Below the pieces are notes generated by a model that was not told the origin of the DNA, made no database searches, and saw only the letters and a program-made list of their open reading frames with translations. Of a stretch of 64,000 nt of DNA, positions 13,416-25,595 are shown one piece after another. A program made the position numbers and the translations under genes. Origin of the DNA: Octopus sinensis (Eukaryota). The DNA lies in the NCBI RefSeq assembly GCF_006345805.1, contig NC_043008.1, forward strand, positions 71,982,001 through 72,046,000, in the 5' to 3' direction. How positions within the stretch are numbered: the first letter of the stretch is position 1; each line of letters opens with the position of its first letter.

Positions 13416-14988
13416 ACTTACACACTCATACATACATTTATATAAATACATATGTACATACATACATATTATTTCAGAAAAATGTTACTGAGATTTTATG
13501 TTTAATCATTTTCACCTAATCAGAAAACAGTACTTAGAAGCTGGTATTTTCTGCATGATCACAAAATGAAAGCAGAATCATTATACGAGGAGGAATCCTT
13601 ATTAAACAAACTAAAACAATGCATTACGACCAAAATATATAAGAACTTCTGAAGATTTAAAACGCTTCTTGTTTGCTTTTAAACTTTAATTCAATATTAA
13701 GAGTAGCCGAATGTAGATTATTACTGACAAGGTTTTTGCTTTCAGATAGTATTATTAGATTTTCAGAGTAGCAGGATTCAATTTTTTTTTCAGGCAAGTT
13801 GACAAAAACAATATCTGAATTAAAGGTTTTATTTTTATTTTGCATATATTTCGACTAACAAGCTAACTTTGACCTAAAAAGTGCAGATGGCGCTCCCTGC
13901 CTCACGGTGGATGCATTGACTATTTTTGCATGTTTAAAGTAAGTTACATCTTATTTATAGAATGCAGTTTTAAATTGGTTTATGGAAGTTGGATTATAAT
14001 ATAGAAGCTTAGCATATATATGAAAACTCCATTTAAAAGCAAAAATATTCCTCAAAATTTAATGATATAATGCTGCATTGTTTATTTTTTCAGTGGGCAG
14101 ATCTGAGGGGTTTCTAGTAATGTTGTTCAGAAAAAGCAAAAGGGCAGGTGGCTCCTCGTGCTTTACGGTTGATGCATTGGATACTTTTTCATTTTTTAAA
14201 TCATTTTCAGATTAGCCAGTGCAACGAAACTCTGTCCAGATAACATTTTCTTGTTTTTAGAATTTAAGAAAAGATATGGGAAAATTAAAAGAGCACAATA
14301 TAAAATTCTTATCTTAATTCAATCATCCAGAATGAAAAATAATTGAAATATTTTTTGATAAAAGCTTTATAAGCTTTATTGCATTACCTGAAAGAAAAAA
14401 GTGGATTACAATGAAAAATGCGAGTGCATGCATGTTAAATTTCTTAAGTTATTACACCTGGAAAAGTAGAGAGCAATATTTCTACAATAGAATTTACTTA
14501 GTTCGTCATCTCTAAAGGAAATTAAAAACTACTTAAAATTATAATTCTACTGTACTAAAAATGGTGCAGCCGAGAATAACATTTTTAAAATTAAAATATA
14601 TTGTATTTGGTAAATTTGAGCTAATTTATTTGATTTATTATGAGAATCTAAAAAACTAGTAAATCTTTAAAAACATAGTAGAAAAATAATCAAGAATAAA
14701 TATAAACTAAAGAATTTTTAAAATCATGTCTTTTGAAATATGCAATTAAAACAGTCATTTTATTTAGTTGTATCATGTGCAAACAATAAAATAGGAAGTT
14801 GTAAATAATATTGCACAAGAATTTTTTCACTTGATTTGAAATCGCATTACAAAAAAATAAAAGAACCATTGATTGTACTAGAATGGTCATTAAATGGTTT
14901 CAAATTAACCATATGCTCAGTCAATTCTTCCACATTAAAAAAATCTAACAAATATATCATAAGTAAAAATTGTTAGCTAACATTAATA

Positions 14989-15089
14989 CAGTAGAATTAG
15001 TCTTATTCGTCTTTGTCTAATTCGTTACTTCCCCTAATTCGTCACTTTCAATTTTGTCCTAGTGATGACTAATTAGACGAATTCTACTG
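14989..15089. mobile_element. 101-bp Tc1/mariner-type MITE with TA TSD
   Basis: TA|CAGTAGAATT.GTC..ATT.GTC ... GACTAATTAGACGAATTCTACTG|TA; a related right end lies at about 15655-15682. Confidence 0.75.
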
Positions 15090-15384
15090 TATATCTTTTA
15101 ATAGTTTTAATTTTGCTTCATTTTTAAAATACTACTTTTTTCCAAAGATAAGCCCATGTGTTTCAGTACTAACATAAATAATTTGGCTTAAAAATATTTT
15201 TTTCTGAAAATAATAAAATTAACTGGGGCTATACATGAAAAGCGTTTCTGAAAATAGGCCTATTAGCTTAAAATCGGATGGGCTTATTTTTGGAAAAATC
15301 TAACAATGTTTTCATAATTTTTGTTTCAATAAGATATAGTAAATTTTTTTAATGTTTTTTTCAGCTGCAATATTTTGAATACAA

Positions 15385-15600
15385 TAAGGCGGTAACCGGG
15401 CAGTAGCGTTAGCACGCCGGACGAAATGCTAAGCGCTATTTTGTCTGTCTTTACGTCCTGAGTTCAAATTCCGCCGAGGTTGACTTTGCCTTTTATCGTT
15501 TTGGGGTTGATAAATTAAGTACTAGTTGCTTACTGGGGTCGATCTAATCGACTGGCCTTCTTCCAAAAAATGTTGGGCCTTGTGCCTGGAGTAGAGAACA
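15385..15600 (+). mobile_element. SINE family A copy
   Basis: TAAGGCGG..GCAG..CGTTAGCACGCCGGACGAAATGC..GAGTTCAAATTCCGCCGAGG..GGGGTCGATCTAATCGACT..CCTTGTGCCTGGAGTAG. Confidence 0.85.
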
Positions 15601-15729
15601 CTATCTTAAGTAAAGTAGAATTTTAATTTCAAGTACATTTTAGTTTCCTTAAGAGGTGACGAATTAGGCAAAGTCTACTGTAGAATTTTGTTCTGTACTT
15701 TCCAAGCGTAATAATTTAAGAATATTGAC

Positions 15730-16870
15730 ATTCATGCGTCCGCAGTTTTCCTTGTAATATATTCCTTCTTAGCCAGGACTGGTTGCCAGAGACAATATGA
15801 TTTATTGTTCCTTCTTAATCACCACATACTCTGCAGTTATTTGTATTTCTTTTCATTGCATATTTTTTGGTGATTTCTGGTACGACGGCTTTCATTGTGT
15901 GCTGCAATTAAAAATCCTTACGTCCCTACCCTGAGTCCTAGGCTCTCAGCTATTGTTGGGATTTTTCTGTTTATCTTAACCCAATATTTGCCTTGTAGGG
16001 GCTATTCTTGCCATCGCTTTATCATACGTTGCTTTCCTAGTTATAGTTTGGATTTCGGTTGTTTTACAGCGTTCGCTGTTTCTCATTTTCCTTCATAGTT
16101 GTTAGGTACTATGACTTCTTTTTGTATTTATTAGCTTCCTTAAAGAGAGGAGACAGTTTTTGTATTTGTTCGTGTTTTGTGGCTATTTGTATTAGTTTTC
16201 CTTGCTTCTGAAGTAGATATTTCTGTAGTCCTATGAGGTTTATTTTATAATAGATTTGTAGCTGTATAAGGCCTCTACCATTTTCGATATGTTGTATATA
16301 CACATTTCCAAGGTCAGATTTTAGGTGGTACGTCTTAAATCCTGTCATTATTTTCTTGTTTTCCTCTCTATTTTGATTAGTAAATTTATAGTCCAATTGA
16401 GAACATTGTAGCTGTAAATCATAACTGGGGTGGCTAGAGTGTTGATAACTATTACATAGTTTTTCGCATTGAGCTCTGTTTTCAGTATTAATATAACCCG
16501 TCTATAGTATTCCTTTATCTTCTCTTTCATTTATATTTGTCGTATTTTATCTAGTTAATTGATTACTGAGTATTTGCATTCTGGCTTCGTTTTAATTCTC
16601 TTATTTCATTTGCTTTACCTAGTGTGAGGTTGTTACTCTTAACTAGTTTTACTATTTTTAAGGTTGCTTTGGCACATTATTCTAAGCCAAATTTCAAGTA
16701 TATTTCTTTGGTAAATCCATGTACCCTCTGTAGTAATGCTTTCAGTTGTTTATCATTTGCAGTATACAGTTTTAAATCATCCATATACATGAGATGTTTG
16801 CTAGTCTTGCCGTAACAGTTGTAACCATATCCAGTTGTGTTTACCATGTCAGATAAAGGTGTCAGTGCCA
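15730..16870 (-). pseudogene. Decayed R4/Dong-like (RLE-type) non-LTR retrotransposon RT
   Basis: HLMYMDDLKLY, KFGLE, ILKTELNAKN..INTLATPV..YS, YIQHIENGRGLIQL, GFLIAAQ and CRVCG..TINHIVSG zinc-knuckle-like segment, with stops and frameshifts. Confidence 0.8.
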
Positions 16871-18211
16871 AGCAGTACTGATACCGCGTACAACTCGTTC
16901 TTTGATCTATACTAAGTCTGCTGTATGAGAATTAGCGTCAAAAAAGGCACAATGCTCATTGAAGATTTTTGAAGATCCATCTAACGTTGAGGTAACCAGA
17001 TTGTATTGCTTTTCTAAAGATATACATCAAACATTTATCGTTCTTTTTTAGAATTCATTCATCAAATTTTAAGGAATTTCTTTAAATCTTCTCTCTACAT
17101 TAAGTAACTCTTTGTACAAACTGAAAAATACGAAAACTACTCGCATTGGTGGTCCTCGCATAAGAAGGAGTGGGAAGCTTGATGTTCAACATAGTCTTTT
17201 ATATTGTTAGTGGGAAAATATATAATCTTTTGGATCTGAGTGATATTTTGTTGAAGACGGTGTACAAAGAATAAGATATTTACCGTCCTTCTTATAGCAT
17301 TAATTTCTTCTTATTTTAGATAATATACTGAGAAGAAACTTCAATCGACTCATTCAACATGTTGGAATATCTCCTCTTTTCTATAAGTCATTCATTTTTC
17401 ATGCTAGGCAAGGAACAAATGTCTTATGATTTCTAACATGTCAATTACAAGCGAAATGCGATTGACCGATTAGCGATTGACTTCTAGCACTGTTTCTTTG
17501 ACTTCGCAAAGGGGATTAATTCAGTGGAGCGTAAAATGTTAGGACAATTCTCCGTATAGTTCGATTTCCTGATAAATTTACTAACGTTATAAAATCCTTC
17601 AGTGTAGTGTATTTACAGCATTGTTGTACTTAGAGAAGAAGCCTCAGAACCATTTTAAATGTTTGTGAATTCCATCTTGATTTAATACTACAAAAGATCC
17701 TGTCTATGTACTCTTGTAAACAATGCTATTAGCTAGACAGTGTGTAAGTCTCTGCAAGAGTTGTCTTTTTGACTTTTTCAGGTGTTTCTTTTAACGTTTT
17801 CATGTTATATATTCCTACTAATACACACACACATACATACACATGCACGCGCACATGTATGTATGTCTATATATATATAGATGTACACATGTATATACAC
17901 ATACATTTCCATGCTGCATTGTATTAAAAGCCTACTAAACCATAAAGGAATCAAGGAAGTTAAAAGCAAGAACATTACCTCAATTTACTTAGAGAAAATA
18001 GCACGTAGCCTAGAAGAAATAAAAGTGAAGTACGTGAGCGAATATAAAGAAGGGGATGAATTATTGGTACTCTATCGACATAGAAGTCAGGAATGTGTAG
18101 TGGCTTGTTAGATATCACTACAGTTAAAATTTACTTTACGAGACCAGCTGAAGTTATATTAAAAGGAACAGTATGTGTGTGTGCGTGTGTATGTGCCTGT
18201 GTGTAAATCTA

Positions 18212-18418
18212 GGCGTGGCTGCGTGGAAAGACGTATGCTTTCTAACCACATGGTTTAATGTCTTGACCCACTGTAGAGTTCCTAGGCCATTCATCTAATA
18301 CTATAGTCGCAGGCCGACAAAAAGACTTGATTTGATTTGGTAGAGAGAAGCTCGTCAATGTGTGCGAGTGTGTGTGTGTTTATGTGTTTGTTTGCGTGTG
18401 TATGTGTGTGTGTGTGTG

Positions 18419-18461
<43 letters not shown>

Positions 18462-18560
18462 CAGAATTTGTCCTCTGCCATTGCTTCACAACTGGCGTCG
18501 GCGTGCTTACTGTAACTTAACGGTTTGAAAGAAGACACCGAGAAAATAAGTATCAAGCGT
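18212..18560 (+). mobile_element. SINE family B copy (diverged)
   Basis: A-box-like TGGCTGCGTGG head, GGCCGAC.AAA body and internal (TG)/(GA) repeats. Confidence 0.7.
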
Positions 18561-18645
18561 ATGACAAATAATCAGAAAGTGCACCTCAGAATGTTTGAGA
18601 GTTAATTAAAACTGCCTTTGATTATTGAAGGTTTAGTATAGCATC

Positions 18646-19797
18646 ATGCAAGGCACCATACAGCACAACGGTTCAACATCAGCCGCCTTCCAAATAAAAA
18701 ACGGGGTAAAGCAAGGCTGTGTCCTCGCTCCAACATTCTTTGGCATCTTCTTCTCACTCTTACTGTCACATGCCTTTCAGACATCAGATGATGGAGTGTT
18801 TCTGCACAGTAGAGGTGACGGGAAACTGTTCAATCTCTCGCGCCTGCGTGCCAAGACCAAAATCAGAAACGTCCTGATCAAGGAGATGTTATTTGCTGAT
18901 GATGCCGCTCTGGTAACACACACAGAAGAAGCCCTCCAAAGGCTCATTAACTGTTTTGAGCAAGCATGTAACGACTTTGGCTTAGCTATCAGCCTTAAGA
19001 AGATCAACATCATGGGCCAGGCTACATCGGACATCCTAAACATACATATTGGAGACCACAGATTACAAGAGGTGGAGAAGTTTACCTATCTGGGCTCTAC
19101 CGTCACCTACAACCTATCCCTTGACGCTGAGCTCAATATACGCATTGGCAAGGCAGCTGCTGCGATGGCCCAACTCTCCAAACGGGCTTGGGACAACAAT
19201 AAGCTGACCAAGACCACGAAAATGAAGATCTACCAGGCATGTGTACTCAGCACTCTATTGTATGGAAGCGAGACCTGGACGCTATACACACGCCAAGAGC
19301 GTCGCCTAAACATCTTTCACCTGCGCTGCCTCCGAAAAATCCTCCACATCAAATGGCAGAATCATATCCCCAACAAAGATGTCGTCAGGCAAGCAGGAAT
19401 ACCAAGCATGTTTGCACTCCTCACACAAAGACGTATCAGATGGCTTGGGCATGTTAGCCGTATGAAAGATGGCAGAATCCCCAAGGACATACTCTACAGA
19501 GAGCTTGCTAGGGGTACTAGGTCTGTGGGTAGACCGATCTTACGTTACAAGGATGTTTGCAAAAGGGATATGAAGGCCTGCAACATCAACATTAGCGGTT
19601 GGGAGGCAGTCGCCGGCAACCGTGGAGAATGGCGGCGTACAGTAAAAGAGGGAGTACAAAGGAGTAATAGAGAGAGAGAGAGGAAAAATGGGAAGAAAGG
19701 AAGAGACGTAAACAAGAGACCATGGCACTACAACCAGCCAGGAACAGTCTTCGCTACATTTGCAGTACCTGCCAGAGGGAGTGTTTATCCAGGATAG
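18646..19797 (+). CDS. C-terminal part of RTE reverse transcriptase ORF (383 aa, frameshifted near the end)
   Basis: Stop-free ORF with RT domains 4-7 and thumb. The ATG comes from the TSD/junction. The C2H2-like finger CSTCQRECLSRIGLHSHSRKC lies in another frame, ending TAA at 19833-19835. Confidence 0.85.
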   Translation: MQGTIQHNGSTSAAFQIKNGVKQGCVLAPTFFGIFFSLLLSHAFQTSDDGVFLHSRGDGKLFNLSRLRAKTKIRNVLIKEMLFADDAALVTHTEEALQRLINCFEQACNDFGLAISLKKINIMGQATSDILNIHIGDHRLQEVEKFTYLGSTVTYNLSLDAELNIRIGKAAAAMAQLSKRAWDNNKLTKTTKMKIYQACVLSTLLYGSETWTLYTRQERRLNIFHLRCLRKILHIKWQNHIPNKDVVRQAGIPSMFALLTQRRIRWLGHVSRMKDGRIPKDILYRELARGTRSVGRPILRYKDVCKRDMKACNINISGWEAVAGNRGEWRRTVKEGVQRSNRERERKNGKKGRDVNKRPWHYNQPGTVFATFAVPARGSVYPG

Positions 19798-19920
19798 GAC
19801 TACACAGCCACAGCAGGAAATGTATCAGGAAATAAAATATAACAGACGGACTAGAAAAAAAAAAAAAAAATGCGCAACTCCATTGTCTCCCGAGACAGAA
19901 AGGATGCCAATACCAATACA
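18649..19920 (+). mobile_element. 5'-truncated RTE-clade non-LTR retrotransposon (young insertion)
   Basis: 14-bp TSD AGTATAGCATCATG at 18635-18648 and 19921-19934. RT motifs GVKQGCVLAP, LFADD, FTYLGS, WLGHV. 3' end CCATTGTCTCCCGAGACAGAAAGGATG followed by short (CCAATA)2. Confidence 0.95.
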
Positions 19921-20229
19921 AGTATAGCATCATGTACATCTAATAAACTTATCTACAAACTTTTTATTCCAGATTGAAAGAGACTGCTCTAACATCACTT
20001 GAAACATACCTTCCAAAATACTGCTTGTCACAGATGTTTTTTTGTAGAATGTAGTCGGGATGTGAAGACAATTTAGAAGCTGGTTATGCAATAAAATCTT
20101 ATGCTAAACGGAGAAAACACGCTGCAGCAAAATATATAATTCTAGAGACTGTTTCACGATAAACTTGTACGGAAGAGCGTCTTTTTTTCGGTGGCACAAA
20201 GGATTTAAGGGCGTTAATAAGAAGGTAAG

Positions 20230-21040
20230 AGACTATGAGAGATGTGAGAAGGAAAGGAGAGACATCTGGAAATCAGAAGATTAGAGTTGGACAAGAAACT
20301 CCGCAATTTTCTAATCGAAGATAGTCGAGTGTCTATAAATAATTATTCTGGAAGATCTGTACATGCGCAAAATTTGCGCAAACTGTTTTCCCTGGGTACT
20401 CAATGACGAATTGAAGGAAAGACACGTTTGTGACAACAGTTGAATGTTTTAGCTCTTTAATCCTTCCTAGAATACTTGAGCCTCGAGTGACCCGTGACGA
20501 AAGCCGGACATAGAGTTATGATCCAGAGAGAGGGTGCTTAATAGATACTTCCTGGCTCCGTCTGACTCTAGAAGGTCAGGGCAAAGTAAGTCGACCGAAA
20601 AGCTTACAATGATCGCCTTCCTCGACAGCAAGAGCATTGTTTTATATCCACTGTGTACCTATTTGTTAGATTATCAAGAAAGAGTACTTTGGCGGCACGC
20701 CGGGCGAAATGCTTAGCGGTATTTCGTCTGCCGTTTCCTTCTGAGTTCAAATTCCGCCGACGTCGACTTTGCCTTTCATCCTTTCGGAGTCGATAAATTA
20801 AGTATCAGTTACGCACTGGGGTCGATGTAATCGACTTAATCCCTTTGTCTGTCCTTGTTTTTCCCCTCTATGTTTAGCCCCTTGTGGGTGGTAAAGAAAT
20901 AAGAAAGAGTACTTTGTAGAGATTTTGAGGAAATTCAAAAAGATATTTTGCCGCAAAATGCGCGAGTCCTTCGCGCAGGGCTGCTTCGGCGAAATCAACG
21001 CATCAGTCCACAATTCTATCTTGCAACTAACTACTCGACA
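20230..21040 (+). pseudogene. Mariner transposase fossil interrupted by a SINE
   Basis: EDLYMRKICANCFPWVL (cf. WVPREL), VTRDES..YDPE (cf. TGDE), MIAFLDSKSIV, EYFVEILRKF..RK, EINASVHNS (cf. HDNA.PH). Confidence 0.8.
20692..20900 (+). mobile_element. SINE family A copy (5'-truncated, alternative 3' tail) with 16-bp TSD
   Basis: TSD AAGAAAGAGTACTTTG at 20676-20691 and 20901-20916; B-box-like GAGTTCAAATTCC. Confidence 0.9.
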
Positions 21041-21645
21041 GTACTAAAACTGCCAAATACCGTCCTTGAAGTTCAGTGTTAGCTATCTATGAGTTTTATA
21101 ATTCATTTATTAATTTCTTTGTGGTTGTTCCCCAAGCTGAAGAACGACAATTACTTTGAATAAAATGAGAAGATGCAGGAGATTGTAACACCTTTAGTCC
21201 TGATTACTGTTATGTACTCCAGAGTACTGTTATATACATGATACACTATAAACGTCCATAATCTCTAGGGAGGGTTTGGTAAAATCTTGTGTTTGAAAAG
21301 GAGCAGTATTTCGAAACGTAGGGGTTGAAAATATGTTCAGTAAAATTGTGATTATTAAGATATTTCTAATACATGATTTTAAAGAAATTTTGAGATTCTG
21401 GAAACATTCATAATGGAAGAATTCCATGGTGCCTTTATGAAGTGGCTGGATCGTTACAGTAAGCGTATTAAAGCGAGATGTTACTTTGGAGCAGATTAGA
21501 ATTTTGCACTTCCTTCAAATTAATAGCTGCCGAAAATGTCTGAACTTTCCTGGTACGCAAGTGGTGTGGGCTATTCGTTCAACAAAAACTCACCAAGGCT
21601 GTATTTCAGTGACGGAAACAAATAAAACGTAAAATATTTAAAGAA

Positions 21646-21835
21646 TAATTGCCAACATAACATGGCAGCCCTGCGTTAGGACACATGTGGCTGTAATTTA
21701 GCCCCAGAGACATCATCTCCAGCTCGCTATAGGACACAGATCGTGTCGTACAGCCAGCTGGAGATGATGTCTCCTGGGGCTAAATTACAGCAACATTCGT
21801 CCTAAACCAGAACTGCCATGTTATGTTGGCAGCTA
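21646..21835. mobile_element. ~190-bp palindromic MITE-like element
   Basis: GCCAACATAACATGGCAG/CTGCCATGTTATGTTGGC, GCTGTAATTTAGCCCCAG/CTGGGGCTAAATTACAGC and AGACATCATCTCCAGCT/AGCTGGAGATGATGTCT; TA at both ends. Confidence 0.85.
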
Positions 21836-22179
21836 ATCTTTACTCCAGAGTACTGTTGCTGAATATCTCCCGTCGGGAGTAATTTGCTGTGAAATATTCA
21901 CTTGAGAGAAGAAACAAAAATCCAAGCAAATACCGGTGTTAGCCTAGGCTTGAATTAAGATAGTGGTGTTTTGACATCGCGTGAAATGTTAGACATATAC
22001 TTGCATTACGTTTCAAAGCTATGCTCACGAAAAAAGTTGAGGAAACAATAAGCAGGAGTACTAGTTTAATGGTCGGAAAGAATGGTAAAGTCTTTAGTCT
22101 TTGAAGTTTCAACCCTACTCTCTTCGACAGAAAGGATTGAGAGGAAAAAGAAAAAAATACTGAGTAAAAAATAATGTGT

Positions 22180-22221
<42 letters not shown>

Positions 22222-23366
22222 CTAGATAGTCGTTGTTCCTGCATGATACTACAATCATTGTTGATTATATAATGGATATCTACATTTTCTAAATAATTAC
22301 TCATCTACTTAATGAGTAAAGTATTTTTTAAACCTCCCGTATTATTTTTAACGAATTCATATCTGTGACTTACCGTCGTTTTACAATACTTTTACTTCAA
22401 TGTTTTGTTATTAAATTACAAATATTTTGTAAAATGCAAATGTGCATAATTAAATATTTACGCACGAATATTTGAAGAATCTTTTTTTAATCTATTAATG
22501 GAAGATTTTCATGTGATTTTTGATACAACTAGGTATTTAACCGCAACAAAATTTCGTAACATCGAACAAAAGAATATAATTTCTTACTTGCTATTTTTTT
22601 CTTTTGTTAGTGAGTTCATGCTATGTATTGCTTTTCTTGCTTATTCATCTTTCTCCTTGCTTCTACTGTGCATTATTTATGATTATATCGACTATTGTAT
22701 CTCTGCTTCATAAATCTTATTTTATTTCGTATGTTACAAGTATTTTGATTTTAATCTTTTATCTTGTTTAGATTTTATATAAACTTGCGGCAGAATTGCT
22801 ACTATAGAGTACGTGATCTGGTCAAATGTGCACTACTCTACACGTGCTATGTCCACGATCCTTGTCATCACAGTGAATGTATAGACTATTTCGGTGTAAA
22901 TTATCCTTCTTTATCTTAAAATATTTTCATAAATACTTCGACCGTTTCTGATAATTTGTCTCGTAAATATCGATTTATTTTGCTTTTAATATTTTCTTAA
23001 GTACTTGTTGAAATCAATGAAGTTTGTTTTAGAACAAGAACGTTTTGCTTTTATCACAAGTCCCTTCATATTTGTATTTTCTTGTGCATATTTTCGACGC
23101 CAAAGTAATTGAGAAGCGATTGAAACGGACCTACAGACATTTGAGGTTCATACGGGTATGTATTCTCATATAAAGACATGAGTGAAGTTATAGCTATCCA
23201 GATTTTTCACTTCCCGAGCGTTATACTACCACATCTGTTTGTTGTCTACACCACCTGCCTTCGTCTTTTGTTTTTTGTGAATTCTCCCAATGCATATATA
23301 TATATATACATAAATATACATATACTTTTATGAATATTATAAAATATGCATATATGTATACATAAC

Positions 23367-23422
<56 letters not shown>

Positions 23423-23884
23423 AGGGATGACCAATAAGTGGACATCAATATGCTAGAAGTCGACCCCCATAGTCTTACCACTAACAAGGGAATGCTCTCG
23501 AGGAAATTCAGCAAACGCCAGAACATTAGCGAGCAAGACAATTGAAAAGATAGAAATATACAGATTAATCACAAATCAGTTTCGTTGTTACCACTTACGT
23601 AATCATGTGAGTGTGTGTGCGTGCACTCGTGCGCACGTGTGTATAAAGGGTCGGCAAATTATTCGTCAGGCTCAGAGGGAATATTCCTTCAAGCAAGAAT
23701 ATAGAAATTGGTCCAGAAGAGAATGGTCTACAACACAAGACACCAACATCTTCTACGTGGCTGCTTGATCTGTGCGTTTCTTCCTTTTATCTTTAAATAG
23801 TCTACATGCACACCTATATTGACACTTTCTCAAGAATTGGTTAAGTTTTAAAAGACCATTTCCTTCGTTATTAATTCAGCTTGT

Positions 23885-24115
23885 GGAATCGTTCGCACGC
23901 TGTTCGAATTGCTTAGCGGTATTTTACCCGTCGCTACTATCTGAGTTCAAATTCTGCTGGCTACTATCTGAGTTCAAATTCTGCTGAGGTCGATTTTACC
24001 TTTCATCTTTTCGGGGTGGATGAATTAATTACCAATGAAGTACTGGGGATCATTTAATTGATTTATCCTCCTTCACCAAAATTTTAGGCCTTGTGCCTAT
24101 AGTAGAAAGGATTAT
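23885..24115 (+). mobile_element. SINE family A copy with internal 27-bp duplication
   Basis: GCTACTATCTGAGTTCAAATTCTGCTG occurs twice in tandem (B-box region duplicated); tail CCTTGTGCCTATAGTAGAAAGGATT. Confidence 0.8.
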
Positions 24116-25198
24116 TTCAATAGACGGCAGCTTTTTTCTCCTCACACACTAGTTGATGTCTATTGCTACTGCAACATCAGTAAACTCCTTACATTAATCT
24201 TTAGTATTACTGCCGTAAATGAAGGTGTAACTGCTGCATTTTGCTCGTCGCAAGTCAATTAGGCAATATTTCCATTTTCAATTGATACTGGCCCAGCTAT
24301 GTCTTGTTACACTAAAAACGTCCATAGTCTCTAGTGTGGGTTTTGGTAAAGTCTTGTGTTTGAAAAGGAGCAGTATTTCAACACGTAAGGGCTGAAAATA
24401 TGATCAGTAAAATTGTCATAATTGAGATATTTCTAATACATGATTTTAAAGAAACAAATAAGGACGAGATGTCTTTATTCTCCAAATTACCAATGTTTCT
24501 AGGAAAAGTTATAATAATATTCAGACTGCTATGTAGATGACGTTTTTACTGTTATGTAAGAACGATTTACAATCGTATATCTCCATCAAATACATTTAAA
24601 TAGTAAATGTCTACAGAGCAAATAACTGCCAAAGATCTGAAACAGTTATGAACATTTCCAATCTGTGTATTGAACGGCGTGTATATTCTATAGGGGAAGA
24701 AATTCAGCTATTTTCATGGATATCAACATTTTCAATCAGTTGGTATAATGATTTGTTTATTCTATCGAGATAGTAAGACTGCGGTTTTCACGGAGGTTTT
24801 CTTAGAAAAGGCCACAAATCACAATTTTCCATATTTAGGATCTAATGACATTTGCACCCTGAGCAAAAGTTATTCGATTTTATTGCTCATAGCTGTATGT
24901 TATTTGAATTATAATTGTTAGCTGAAAACAACGGATTGGCTGTGATTAACAAAGCAGGAAAATTCAGAAACAGTTTCTGAAAATCTTACTTTGCCTGTAT
25001 ATGTATAACGTTCTATCTGTGTGAGCATACACATTGAGGATTATGAAGATCCATACTCCTAAACACAAAAACACATACAAACACATATATTCGTCGTTCA
25101 TCACAACTGTGAAATATTTATACCAAACATGCAAAAACACACACACACCGCACGCACACACAGTCACACTTATGTATGTATGCGTTCCTCTCTATCTC

Positions 25199-25245
<47 letters not shown>

Positions 25246-25365
25246 GTGTGTGTATGTATGTATGTGCATATATATATATGCATACATATGTATATATACA
25301 TAAATATACATGATTATTCATATTTTGGATATATATATAAATATATCAGTATATAATATACTGTG

Positions 25366-25399
<34 letters not shown>

Positions 25400-25545
25400 C
25401 GCGCGCGCGCACGTGTGTGTACATACATGTATACATATGTATATGTACATAATGAAATATACATGATTATGCATATTTTAGATATATATCTATATAGCTA
25501 AATATATGTGTATGTAATATACTATATATATATATATATATATAT

Positions 25546-25595
<50 letters not shown>

